Assembly (NCBI GenBank): GCA_031271905.1
Contig: JAISUT010000020.1
Coordinates: forward strand, 2,432 to 66,431
DNA length: 64,000 bases
From: Acidobacteriota bacterium
Lineage (GTDB): Bacteria; Acidobacteriota; UBA6911
Reading direction: 5' to 3'
Shown here: positions 46,042 to 54,691 of the stretch, piece by piece
Layout of the letters: each line of letters begins with the position of its first letter
How positions within the stretch are numbered: position 1 is the stretch's first letter
Translations under genes and position numbers: made by a program
Notes under the pieces: model-generated
The model's database searches: none
What the model was told of the DNA's origin: nothing
Seen by the model: only the letters and a program-made list of their open reading frames with translations

Positions 46042-46248
46042 TCAGGCGCATTCGGCCACAATCGCGACGCATTTGACGACTCGCGTCACGGCCACGCTGC
46101 CCATGCACTTGACCGGGCCGGTCCCCTTGGCGCCGTCGCCCCGGTAGTGTTCCTGGAAGCACAGGTTGAAATGCCTGCCCCGGTAAAGGGAGCAGTTTAT
46201 GCAAGCCCTGCGCGAAATCGGGCATTTGTCGAAATCTCTTTTCCCCAT
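46042..46248 (-). CDS. Small Cys-rich hypothetical protein (68 aa from ATG 46248)
   Basis: MGKRDFDKCPISRRACINCSLYRGRHFNLCFQEHY...KCMGS...KCVAIVAECA has 7 Cys. GAGGGG lies just upstream of the ATG. It is on the same strand as, and upstream of, the molybdoenzyme genes. I recognise no family. Confidence 0.4.
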   Translation of the reverse strand: MGKRDFDKCPISRRACINCSLYRGRHFNLCFQEHYRGDGAKGTGPVKCMGSVAVTRVVKCVAIVAECA

Positions 46249-46392
46249 TTTCCCCTCGTTGAAAAAATTCAAAACATGTCATGTTATGGAAATGTCGGCG
46301 AAGCTGTCAATGCAATAATTCCGTGAAAATTCCGCCGGAGTCCACGCAACCGGCGAGTATGATTAAAAAACATAACATAGGAGGTGCGGGAA

Positions 46393-46809
46393 GTGACCAT
46401 CGACGAGGTGAGAAAAGTCTTTGCGGCGGACAAATACCTGACCATGACGGGCGTGGTCATCGAGGAGGCGGGCGGCGACCGCTGCCGGTGCAGCATGAAA
46501 GTCCTGCCGATGCATTTCAACGCGGGGGGCGCGGTGCAGGGCGGCGCCATCTACACGCTGGCGGACTCGGCGTTCGCGGTGGCGTCGAACATCGGCCACC
46601 TGGAGCGCGGCGAGGATCTGCTCACCGTCAGCCAGTCGGCGTCCATCTCCTACCTGCGGGCGGGAGGCGAAGGCACGCTCTACGCGACGGCGCAGAAGGT
46701 CGGGGGCGGCAAGCGGTCGTCGGTCTTCCGCATGGAGGTCGCCGACGCCGACGGCAACATCATCGCCATCATGACCGGCAACGGCTGCACCGTCCCGCGG
46801 AAAAAATAA
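46393..46809 (+). CDS. PaaI-family (hotdog-fold) thioesterase
   Basis: ...M.....HFNAGGAVQGGAIYTLADSAFAVA......SQSASISYLRA...G.L.A.A..V..G.R......EV.D..G..IA is the PaaI/'uncharacterised domain 1' pattern. The start is probably GTG 46393 (AGGAGG 8 nt upstream). The ORF track starts at GTG 46384. Confidence 0.8.
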   Translation: MTIDEVRKVFAADKYLTMTGVVIEEAGGDRCRCSMKVLPMHFNAGGAVQGGAIYTLADSAFAVASNIGHLERGEDLLTVSQSASISYLRAGGEGTLYATAQKVGGGKRSSVFRMEVADADGNIIAIMTGNGCTVPRKK

Positions 46810-46810
46810 A

Positions 46811-46931
46811 AGGAACCTCTGAAAACATCGCAGACAAGGCGTCGCCGCAGGTCGAAAGGCGGGGTTCGCTGCGGCGAATGGACATTTTCGACCAAGGCGC
46901 AACGCAGCGTCCGGGGTTTTTAGAGGTTCCC
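46811..46931. repeat. Nested-palindrome element, copy F (full form, 121 bp, orientation I)
   Basis: AGGAACCTCTGAAAACATCGCAGACAAGGCGTCGCCGCAGGTCGAAAGG...CATTTTCGACCAAGGCGCAACGCAGCGTCCGGGGTTTTTAGAGGTTCCC. It starts 2 nt after the thioesterase stop. The flanks are TAAA and TGAA. Confidence 0.9.
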
Positions 46932-47105
46932 TGAAGGGTTCCGCAGCCAGCCCCGCCACCCCCGGGGACGGGGGGCCCTATGCCTTAATTAAGATATAGG
47001 CGATCCAGAGCCGATGCTTTATCATTCCATGCGTCCCAAGCATCTGCGCGCAGACGCGACGTCGGTTTCACAGGCAATGGTTCGGATGTGGGGTAATAGG
47101 ATGTC

Positions 47106-48881
47106 GTGAATAAAATAAGAAAGCTATTTTTCACATACCTGATCTCTCCGGAAAGACCGATCGAGGGGCGGGTCTACAACGGCGTGCTGATGTTCTGCGT
47201 GCTGGGTGGCGCCGCCGGCGTCGTATCCACCCTAGTCCAAGACGCGCCGCTCCTCACCAAGGCGTGCACGATCCTGTTCCTGGCGGCGGTCTTCGCCTTG
47301 CTGATCCTGGGCAACGTGGTGGAGGACTTCCGCCAAGGCAGCATCGTCCTGACATTCACCCTCTGCACCCTGGGATTCCCCGTCCTGTTCTTCCTGAGCG
47401 GCGGCGTCAGGAGCGGGATGCTCGCCTACCTGCTGCTCGGCTCGGTAGTCGGCACGCTGCTGTTGCGCAAGCTGGCGTTCTACATCCTCATGTCCGCCTA
47501 CACCGCCGTCTGCGTCGCCACCATCCTGTTCAGCTACATCCGGCAGGATTTGGTGATCCCCATCGCCAGCGCGTTCATGGTCTACATGGACGTCGCCGTC
47601 GGCTTCGTGGTCGTGAGCATCGTCCTGTGCATATCCATAAAATACATGATGCGCGAATACGAGGGGGCTCGCGCCGCCGCCGACGAGCAGCGCATCAAGG
47701 CGGAGGAGGCGTCCAAGGCCAAGGGGTCGTTCCTGTCGCACATGAGCCATGAGATGCGCACCCCCATGAACGCCATCATCGGCATGACCCGCATCGCGCT
47801 CGACACGGGGGACGCCGGCAAAAAGGCCGAGTGCCTGCGCCACATCGACGAGGCGTCCTTGCACCTGCTCGGGGTCATCAACGACATCTTGGACATGTCC
47901 AAGATCGAGGAGGGGAAGATGCCGCTCTCGGAGGTGGTGTTCAGCCCCAGGGCGTTGCTGAACCGCCTGGAGTCCATACACGCATTCAGGATCAGGGAGA
48001 AGGGGCTCGCCTTCTCGGTGTCCTCCGACCCGTCCGTGCCGGAGATGATCGTCGCCGACGACCAGCATCTCGCCCAAGTGCTGTCCAACCTCCTCGGCAA
48101 CGCCGTCAAGTTCACGCCGGAGGGGGGGCGCATCGGGATGGGGATGCGCCTGGAGTCCGCGCCTGACGCCCCCGGCGGCGCGCTGGAGCTGCTGTTCGAA
48201 GTGACCGACACGGGCATCGGCGTCACGCGGGAGCAAGAGAAGAAGCTGTTCACCTCCTTCCAGCAGGCGGACAGCGGTATTTCGCGCCGATACGGCGGCA
48301 CGGGCCTGGGCCTGGCGATCTCCAAGGGGATCGTGGAGCTGATGGGGGGAAGGATCGGCATGGAGTCCACTCCCGGCGAAGGCTCCCGCTTCTACTTCAC
48401 GATGCCTGCGCGGGCGGCGACGGCGGCGGAGACGGCGGAGTTGGAGCAGTCGGCGCGCCATGCCATGCAATCCGAGCAGGACGACTTCGGCGGGCGCGCC
48501 ATCCTCGTCGCCGAGGACATCGAGGTCAACCGCAGCGTCATCGCCAACCTGCTCGAAGGGACCGGCGTCGAGATCGACGAGGCGGAGAACGGCATCCGGG
48601 CGGTCGAGCTGTTCCACGCCCGCCCGGAACGCTACGCGCTCATCCTGATGGACATCCAGATGCCGGAGATGGACGGATACGACGCCGCGGCCGCCATCCG
48701 CAAACTCGACGCGCCGGCGGCGAAGACCGTCCCCATAGTCGCGCTCACGGCCAACGTGTTCAAAGAGGAGATCGACAGGTATTTCAGCATCGGCATGACC
48801 GACTATCTGGGCAAACCCATCGACATCGCCCGGTTCCGCGCCGTGTTGCGCAAACACCTGCTCCCCGCCCCCAAGCGGTAG
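47106..48881 (+). CDS. Hybrid sensor histidine kinase/response regulator (multi-TM sensor, HisKA, HATPase_c, REC)
   Basis: It has a GTG start and about 6 TM helices. The H-box is SHMSHEMRTPMNAIIG. Other kinase motifs are NLLGNAVKFTP, DTGIG and GGTGLGLAISKGIVELMGG. The C-terminal REC domain is ILVAEDIEVN...LMDIQMPEMDG...LTA.... Confidence 0.9.
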   Translation: MNKIRKLFFTYLISPERPIEGRVYNGVLMFCVLGGAAGVVSTLVQDAPLLTKACTILFLAAVFALLILGNVVEDFRQGSIVLTFTLCTLGFPVLFFLSGGVRSGMLAYLLLGSVVGTLLLRKLAFYILMSAYTAVCVATILFSYIRQDLVIPIASAFMVYMDVAVGFVVVSIVLCISIKYMMREYEGARAAADEQRIKAEEASKAKGSFLSHMSHEMRTPMNAIIGMTRIALDTGDAGKKAECLRHIDEASLHLLGVINDILDMSKIEEGKMPLSEVVFSPRALLNRLESIHAFRIREKGLAFSVSSDPSVPEMIVADDQHLAQVLSNLLGNAVKFTPEGGRIGMGMRLESAPDAPGGALELLFEVTDTGIGVTREQEKKLFTSFQQADSGISRRYGGTGLGLAISKGIVELMGGRIGMESTPGEGSRFYFTMPARAATAAETAELEQSARHAMQSEQDDFGGRAILVAEDIEVNRSVIANLLEGTGVEIDEAENGIRAVELFHARPERYALILMDIQMPEMDGYDAAAAIRKLDAPAAKTVPIVALTANVFKEEIDRYFSIGMTDYLGKPIDIARFRAVLRKHLLPAPKR

Positions 48882-48981
48882 CGACGGTGCCGGGGCGGCG
48901 CCCTTGGCGCGGCGGCGGGAACGATGCGGCCTGGAGGGCGGAAACCTGGAAGGTGGAAATGGAAAAAGGAGGACTGACGTC

Positions 48982-49581
48982 ATGACAAAGGATTTCTACA
49001 GTGCGGTGAGAGACCGGCGCAGCTTCTACGCCATCGGCAAAACCTCCCCCGTCCCGGACGCGCGCATCCGCGAAGTCGTCGAGCACGCGCTCACGCACGC
49101 GCCGGCGGCGTTCGGCGCCCAAAGCGCACGCGCCATCCTGCTGTTCGGCGAGAACCACGACCGGCTCTGGCGGATCGTCATGGAGGCGTTGCGCAAGGCG
49201 GTGCCCGCCGACAAGTTCGCGCCGACGGAGGCGAAGGTGAACTCCTTCGCCGCAGGCCACGGCTCCGTCCTCTATTTCGAAGACCAGGCCGAGGTCGAGG
49301 CGTTGCAGGGCAAGTTCCCCCTGTACGCCGACAACTTCGTGAAATGGTCGCAACAGGCGGGCGGCATCGCGCAGTACATCGTCTGGACGTCGCTGGAGTG
49401 CGAGGGGTTGGGCGCGTCGCTGCAGCACTACAACCCGTTGATCGACGACGAGGTGAAAAAGGCGTGGGACGTCCCCGACTCGTGGCGGCTGGTCGCGCAG
49501 ATGCCTTTCGGGGCGCCGGCGGCGCAACCCGGCGCGAAAGAGCTCCGCCCCGTCGGGGAGTTGCTGCGGGTCGCGGGGTAG
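48982..49581 (+). CDS. Nitroreductase-family protein
   Basis: MTKDFYSAVRDRRSFYAI.......I.E.V.HAL.HAPSAFN-like (PAAFGAQS) and ...LGASLQHYNPLID... fit a nitroreductase fold of about 200 aa. The RBS AAAGGAGG precedes ATG 48982. Confidence 0.85.
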   Translation: MTKDFYSAVRDRRSFYAIGKTSPVPDARIREVVEHALTHAPAAFGAQSARAILLFGENHDRLWRIVMEALRKAVPADKFAPTEAKVNSFAAGHGSVLYFEDQAEVEALQGKFPLYADNFVKWSQQAGGIAQYIVWTSLECEGLGASLQHYNPLIDDEVKKAWDVPDSWRLVAQMPFGAPAAQPGAKELRPVGELLRVAG

Positions 49582-49728
49582 TTCCGGGACGGCGGAAATG
49601 CAAGCGGATGTATCGCCGCGCTCGACTCCTCACTCCCCCGCCCGCAATGACGGGGGAAGGCAAAGCGCGGTTGTCGCGGTTTCGTATCGGCGGGGCGCAA
49701 GCCCTCCGCCGCCCCTTGGGCGATCAGC

Positions 49729-50991
49729 CTATTTGTCCAATGTCGCCAGCGGGATGACCGCCACCCCGTCGGGGCGCGTGTAGGAACAGCCGCCGGATGT
49801 GACGATGCCGAGGATTTGCGGGGTGCCGCTGCTTTGCACGTCCACTTTGGCGGCGAACGAGAGCAGGTTGGCGGCAGCCTTGTCAAGCACATCTCCGGTG
49901 GTTCCCAGCTTGACTTCAAACGCAGCCCAACGTTTGAATCCCGCCGTGACTATCACGTCCACCTCCATCCCGGTGTTGTCGCGGTAATGATGCGTCTGGG
50001 CGTCGGCGACCGCCGCATACACCCGAAGGTCGCGGACTACCAAAGACTCGAACAAGAACCCGAAGGTCTTCAAGTCGCGCCTTAACTCGCCCGGTCCAGC
50101 CTCAAGCAACGCCGCTGCAAGCGCCGGGTCGGCCAGATGGTGCTTGGGCTTGGTGCGAACCCGCGCCTTCGAACGAAGCACCGGCGACCAGGCGGTCAGC
50201 GGCTCATAGACCATCAGCCGTTCCAGCGCCCCCAAGTAGACGCTCACGGTGTCTTCGTCCAACTGGACGCCGCTCGCAGCGGTGTCTTGGGCGAGCGTCA
50301 CCAAGGTGGCTTCAGACGCCACGTTCTTTGCCAGCGCCCTCAACAGCCCCAAGAGCCGTGTCGGGTCGCGCCGGGGCCGATTCGGCATCCTGATGTCCCC
50401 ATAGGTGATTTCCTGCACATAGTCAGAGATGTTCGCGCGGGCTTGGCTCAAGGATCTTTTCCGGTCGGCGGGCCATCCTCCGCGGCAACATTCTTCGATG
50501 ATGTCGTCAAACGAGGCTGGCGCGGCGCCAGACGCAACCGGCTCCCCCCGAAGCAACGCGCCCAGCGAAACCTGCCTGCTCGACAACCCCGTTTCGGCGA
50601 GCGTCATCGTCCGCATGCGCATCCGGCTGAAGCGCGCCGTGCCGGAGTGCCGGGTTTCGTCGTCGTGGGGAGTGGCAGAACCGGTGAGTATGAACTGGCC
50701 GTCTTCGCCCCTTGCGTCAACCTCCCGGCGAACGGCGTTCCATAGTCCCGGGACAATCTGCCACTCGTCCAGCAACCTGGGCGCGGCACCGGCGAGGATG
50801 TTCCGGGGGACGAGTTTGGCGGTTTCACGCGCCTGTTCGTCAAGGTCTAAGAGCACTTCGCTTTTCGCCCTGCGGCGAGCCGTTTCCGTCTTGCCGCAAC
50901 CCTTGACCCCCTCGATGAGCACAGCCCCGATTCTCGACAAACGGGTCGCCAACTCTTCGTCAGCCACCCTTGGTATGTATGCCTTCGCCAC
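49729..50991 (-). CDS. AAA+ ATPase with a C-terminal DUF4143 domain (COG1373-type)
   Basis: VLIEGVKGCGKT is Walker A and QFILTGS is the Walker B region. The protein is 420 aa, and the C-terminal half (...LFESLVVRDLRVYA...HYRD..G.EVD.IV) is typical of the AAA_14 plus DUF4143 family. Confidence 0.85.
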   Translation of the reverse strand: MAKAYIPRVADEELATRLSRIGAVLIEGVKGCGKTETARRRAKSEVLLDLDEQARETAKLVPRNILAGAAPRLLDEWQIVPGLWNAVRREVDARGEDGQFILTGSATPHDDETRHSGTARFSRMRMRTMTLAETGLSSRQVSLGALLRGEPVASGAAPASFDDIIEECCRGGWPADRKRSLSQARANISDYVQEITYGDIRMPNRPRRDPTRLLGLLRALAKNVASEATLVTLAQDTAASGVQLDEDTVSVYLGALERLMVYEPLTAWSPVLRSKARVRTKPKHHLADPALAAALLEAGPGELRRDLKTFGFLFESLVVRDLRVYAAVADAQTHHYRDNTGMEVDVIVTAGFKRWAAFEVKLGTTGDVLDKAAANLLSFAAKVDVQSSGTPQILGIVTSGGCSYTRPDGVAVIPLATLDK

Positions 50992-51018
50992 GTCACCTCC
51001 CCATCGCCACCCGACCTG

Positions 51019-51085
51019 GGTTTTCGCAATGATTTTAACCGGGGTTTTGCAATGATTTCAATTGGGCTTCTGCAATTCTGCAATT
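51019..51085 (-). promoter_or_regulatory. Cluster of direct repeats (GGTTTT(C)GCAATGATTT x2, CTGCAATT x2) upstream of the DUF4143 ATPase gene
   Basis: The repeats are 51019-51035 GGTTTTCGCAATGATTT, 51043-51058 GGTTTTGCAATGATTT, and 51070-51077 and 51078-51085 CTGCAATT. They sit 28-95 nt upstream of the ATG at 50991. This is an operator/promoter-like arrangement with unknown function. Confidence 0.3.
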
Positions 51086-51134
51086 AAACGGGACGAAGAA
51101 GAACCGGACAGGCCGGCGGGCAAAGCCTCCCCAC

Positions 51135-52520
51135 CTACAACAGGACGCCGTTCAGGAACAGGTACGCCATGCTGAAATAGATCAGCAGTCCGGTGACGTC
51201 CACCATCGTCGCCACGAACGGCGCGGACGAGGTGGCGGGATCCACCCCCAGCCGCTTGAGCGCGAGCGGCAGCATCGAGCCGGAGATGGTGCCCCAGAGC
51301 ACCACGCCCACCAGCGAGAACCCCACGGTCAGGCCGATCAGGAAGGCGTGCTCCCCGTAGGTGCCGAGGAACAGGTTCCACAACAGGACGCGCGCGAAGC
51401 CGATGACGCCCAAGACCCCCCCCAGCATCGCCCCCGACAAGATTTCGCGGCGCATGACCCGCCACCAGTCGGCGATGGATATCTCCCCCAGCGCCATCGC
51501 CTGGATGATGAGGGTCGACGCCTGCGAGCCGCTGTTGCCGCCGCTGGAGATGATCAGCGGCACGAACAGCGCCAGCACCACGGCGCGGGCGATCTCGCTT
51601 TCGAAGAACCCCATCGCCGTGGCGGTGAGCATCTCCCCGAGGAACAGCACGACCAGCCAGCCAGCCCGCTTCCTCACCAGTTTCAGGAGCGGGATGTCGA
51701 GGTAGGGCTCGTCCAGCGCCGAGGTGCCGCCGATCTTCTGGACGTCTTCCGTGTGCTCCTCGTTGGCGATCCACAGCATGTCGTCGATGGTGACGATGCC
51801 CAGCAGGACGCCCCAGTTGTCCAGGACCGGCAGCGCCACGCGGTTCTCCATGCGGAACACCTGGATGGCCTCCTCCTGCCCGTCGTTGGCGTTCAGGGCG
51901 ACGAAGCGGTCGTCCATCAGCCCCTGTATCCGGGTGTCGGGGGAGACCAGCAGGAATTCGCGGATGCGGAAGTCGTCTAGGAGCCGCCCCCGCTCGTCCA
52001 CCACGTAGATGACGTCGATGGTTTCGCTGTCCCTGCCATGCTCCCGGATGTAGTCCAGCGCCTGCCGGATGTTCCATTCGCCCCGCACGGCGAGGTAGTC
52101 GGGCGTCATGATGCGGCCCACGCTGTTTTCCGGGTAGCCCAGAAGCGACAGCGTGATTTTGCGCTCTTCCGGGGTCAGCAGCCGGATGAGCTCTTTGACA
52201 GCCTCGCTGGGGAGCTCGCCAAGGAAAGAGGTGCGGTCGTCGGCGGGCAGCCCGTTCAGCAATTCCGCCACGTCGGCGGCGGGCAGGTTGTGGATCACCT
52301 CCTCCTGCCGGGGGAAGTCCAGGATGCGGAAAGCGGCCGTCGCGCGGTCGATGGACAGGTTGCGGATGATCAACGCCGCCTGGTCGGGGTGGTCGTCGAT
52401 GAGTTCGGCGATGTCCGTGATGAGTTGGTCGTCAAGGTGCTCGCGCAGCCCGTCGGCGTCGCCCCCTTCCGACAACTGGAGGAATTTCTCCGGCAAGGAC
52501 TCGTTTTCCATGTCCCCCAT
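51135..52520 (-). CDS. mgtE: Magnesium transporter MgtE
   Basis: It has an N-terminal MgtE_N domain (...LNGLPADD...), a CBS pair and a C-terminal TM domain with PLIISSGGNSGSQ and ...DPATSSAPFVATMVDVTG. Confidence 0.9.
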   Translation of the reverse strand: MGDMENESLPEKFLQLSEGGDADGLREHLDDQLITDIAELIDDHPDQAALIIRNLSIDRATAAFRILDFPRQEEVIHNLPAADVAELLNGLPADDRTSFLGELPSEAVKELIRLLTPEERKITLSLLGYPENSVGRIMTPDYLAVRGEWNIRQALDYIREHGRDSETIDVIYVVDERGRLLDDFRIREFLLVSPDTRIQGLMDDRFVALNANDGQEEAIQVFRMENRVALPVLDNWGVLLGIVTIDDMLWIANEEHTEDVQKIGGTSALDEPYLDIPLLKLVRKRAGWLVVLFLGEMLTATAMGFFESEIARAVVLALFVPLIISSGGNSGSQASTLIIQAMALGEISIADWWRVMRREILSGAMLGGVLGVIGFARVLLWNLFLGTYGEHAFLIGLTVGFSLVGVVLWGTISGSMLPLALKRLGVDPATSSAPFVATMVDVTGLLIYFSMAYLFLNGVLL

Positions 52521-52541
52521 CCCCTTTCCCGGCGCGGCGCG

Positions 52542-53426
52542 CTAACGGCGAACGAGCCGCACCGCCCCGGCGACGCCCTTGACGGCGGTGACGGCCAGGA
52601 CGCCGACCAGGACGCCGACGACGGCGCGCCCCAAAACGACCCAGAAACCCACGGACGCCCCAGCCCCGACGACGTGGTGCAGCCACTCGTCCAGAACGGG
52701 TATGCCGTGGACGATGATGCCCCCCCCGACCAGGAACATGGCGGCGGTCCCCACGACGCCGAGGCCGCGCATCAGCCAAGGGGTGGCGGCGATCAAGCCC
52801 TTGCCGACGGCTTTCGCGGCGGCAGAGGGTTTCCCCATCGCCCAGAAACCGAGGTCGTCCAGCTTCACGATGCCTGCTACAAGGCCGTAGACGCCGATCG
52901 TCATGATGACCGCCACGACCGCCAGCGCGACGGTCTGGACTAACAGCGCCCTTTGAACCATCTCGCCGAGGGCGATGGTGATGATTTCCGCCGAAAGGAT
53001 GAAGTCGGTGCGCACCGCGCCCCGGACGAGCTCCTTCTCCGTCAAGCCTTCCTTGGGCGCGCCGCCGCCCGCCGGCGCCGGATGGCGTTTGCGGTGGACA
53101 GCCTCCACAACCTTCTCCACCCCCTCGAAACAGAGGTATGCCCCGCCCAGCATCAGAAGGATCGTCAGGAGTTTCGGCGCGAACGCCGAGATGAGTAGCG
53201 CCGCCGGCACGAGGATGACCTTGTTGACCAACGAACCCCTGGCCACCGCCAACACCACCGGCATCTCCCGGTCGGCGCTGGTGCCGGTGACCTGTTGCGC
53301 GTTGATCGCCAGGTCGTCCCCCACGACCCCGGCGGTCTTCTTCGCCGCGACCTTGGTCATCAGCGACACGTCGTCCAAGACGGTGGAGATGTCGTCCAGC
53401 AAGGCCAGCAAAGAAGCGAAAGCCAT
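52542..53426 (-). CDS. DUF808-family inner-membrane protein (YedI-like)
   Basis: MAFASLLALLDDISTVLDDVS.MTKVAAKKTAGV.GDDLA.NAQQV.G..A.RE.PVV..VA.GSL.NK is the characteristic DUF808 N-terminus. Several TM helices follow. Confidence 0.8.
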   Translation of the reverse strand: MAFASLLALLDDISTVLDDVSLMTKVAAKKTAGVVGDDLAINAQQVTGTSADREMPVVLAVARGSLVNKVILVPAALLISAFAPKLLTILLMLGGAYLCFEGVEKVVEAVHRKRHPAPAGGGAPKEGLTEKELVRGAVRTDFILSAEIITIALGEMVQRALLVQTVALAVVAVIMTIGVYGLVAGIVKLDDLGFWAMGKPSAAAKAVGKGLIAATPWLMRGLGVVGTAAMFLVGGGIIVHGIPVLDEWLHHVVGAGASVGFWVVLGRAVVGVLVGVLAVTAVKGVAGAVRLVRR

Positions 53427-53434
53427 AAGCTCTT

Positions 53435-53556
53435 GGGAACCTCTAAAAACCCCGGACGCTGCGTTGCGCCTTGGTCGAAAACGCTCATCCGCCTCGGCAA
53501 ACTCCGCTTTTCGACCTGCGGCGACGCCTCGTCTGCGAGCTTTTTAGAGGCATCCC
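53435..53556. repeat. Nested-palindrome element, copy G (full form, 122 bp, orientation II)
   Basis: GGGAACCTCTAAAAACCCCGGACGCTGCGTTGCGCCTTGGTCGAAAACG...CGCTTTTCGACCTGCGGCGACGCCTCGTCTGCGAGCTTTTTAGAGGCATCCC. It is flanked by TCTT on both sides (53431-53434 and 53557-53560) and lies 8 nt upstream of the DUF808 start codon. Confidence 0.9.
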
Positions 53557-53936
53557 TCTTTTTCTTGGGAAAGCAATAGCGCAATGCGCCCAATGGCGGT
53601 CTAATGCAAAGGGGCGTCCACGTTCCACGAAGACGGCGGCAAGCCGCCGGACAACCGCGAAGCGATTGCGCAACAAAGCCCCTTCAGGGCTTTTGCAACC
53701 GCCTCGCGGTTGAGGGCGGGGTTCGCGCCGTTTGCCGCAAGGCCTTCGTGTCGCGCCCCTGCGGCGCGGAGCGTCCTAGCGCCCTGTAACATCAAAAACT
53801 TTGCCTCCCTGACGGTCTTTTTTCCGCCATACTGCGTTGTCGTCACTCGCCGTAGCACCACTACGCCGCGTTCCTCCACCTTAGCCTGACGAAAAAAATC
53901 CTCGCCAGTCAGGCAATATTCAGATGTTGCAGGGCG

Positions 53937-54482
53937 TTAGTAGTTGGTCGCCCGCAGCTTGAAGTAAGCCTTGGGGTGCTTACAGACCGGGCACAGCTCC
54001 GGCGCGGCCTTGCCGACGTGGATGTGGCCGCAATTGCCGCACTCCCAGATCATGTCGCCGTCGCGCGAGAACACCAAGCCCCCCTCGACGTTGGCGAGCA
54101 GCTTGAGGTAACGCTCCTCGTGGGTCTTCTCGACGGCGCCGACCATCTTGAAAAGCTCCGCCACGTCGGTGAAACCCTCTTCGCGGGCGGTCTTCTCGAA
54201 ACCGGCGTACATGTCAGTCCATTCGTAGTTCTCGCCGGCGGCGGCGTCTTTCAGGTTCGCGGCGGTTCCCGCGATGTCGCCCCCCTCCTGCAAGAGCTTG
54301 AACCAGATTTTGGCGTGCTCTTTCTCATTCTCCGCCGTCTCGGTGAAGAGCGCGGCGATCTGCTCGAAGCCGTCCTTCTTCGCCTTGCTGGCGTAATAGG
54401 TGTATTTGTTGCGCGCCTGCGACTCCCCCGAGAAAGCTTCCTTCAAGTTCTTTTCCGTTTGCGTCCCTGTGAATCTACCCAT
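53937..54482 (-). CDS. Rubrerythrin
   Basis: [27 protein letters not shown]...G...IA.LF..TA.NEKEHAK.W is the di-iron ferritin-like domain with ExxH motifs. The C-terminal rubredoxin-like segment is W.C.NCGH......AP..CPVCKHP. The ATG at 54482 follows AGGAGG. Confidence 0.9.
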   Translation of the reverse strand: MGRFTGTQTEKNLKEAFSGESQARNKYTYYASKAKKDGFEQIAALFTETAENEKEHAKIWFKLLQEGGDIAGTAANLKDAAAGENYEWTDMYAGFEKTAREEGFTDVAELFKMVGAVEKTHEERYLKLLANVEGGLVFSRDGDMIWECGNCGHIHVGKAAPELCPVCKHPKAYFKLRATNY

Positions 54483-54691
54483 GGTCCGAACCTCCTTTGA
54501 TGTGGCAATGATAACAAACCCTGACATAAAATCCATGCGGCAAAAAGGCGGAGCGCCTCGGGGCGAAGGTGTATAATGTTCGACCTCGCCTGCAACGCGA
54601 GGATGGGGCGTCCAAGGGCGGGGCGCGATCCACGCATCACTCGCCGGACGCCATCTTGCCCATGCCGACGCGATCTTTCGGAGAGCCGCGC

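Noticed and set aside
53471-53713. Small ORFs that recur inside the repeat copies, such as MVENAH.P..TP.FDLRRRLVC..FRG at 53471, 46680-46895 (-) and 44779. They could be mistaken for a conserved micropeptide.
   Set aside because: The conservation is simply DNA-level repeat identity. The ORFs have different lengths and ends in each copy, lack ribosome-binding sites and are disrupted in the short forms.
53601-53879. A 92-aa ORF (minus strand) in the gene-free interval downstream of rubrerythrin.
   Set aside because: It has a GTG start, no Shine-Dalgarno sequence, an Ala/Gly/Arg-rich translation and no motifs. The region is better described as structured non-coding DNA (see findings).
54507-54515. 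Fur/PerR-like half-site AATGATAAC in the rubrerythrin / cysteine-desulfurase divergent promoter region.
   Set aside because: Only one 9-bp half-site is present, without the inverted partner needed for a 15-19-bp Fur-family box. That is too weak to call, although rubrerythrin is a typical PerR target.
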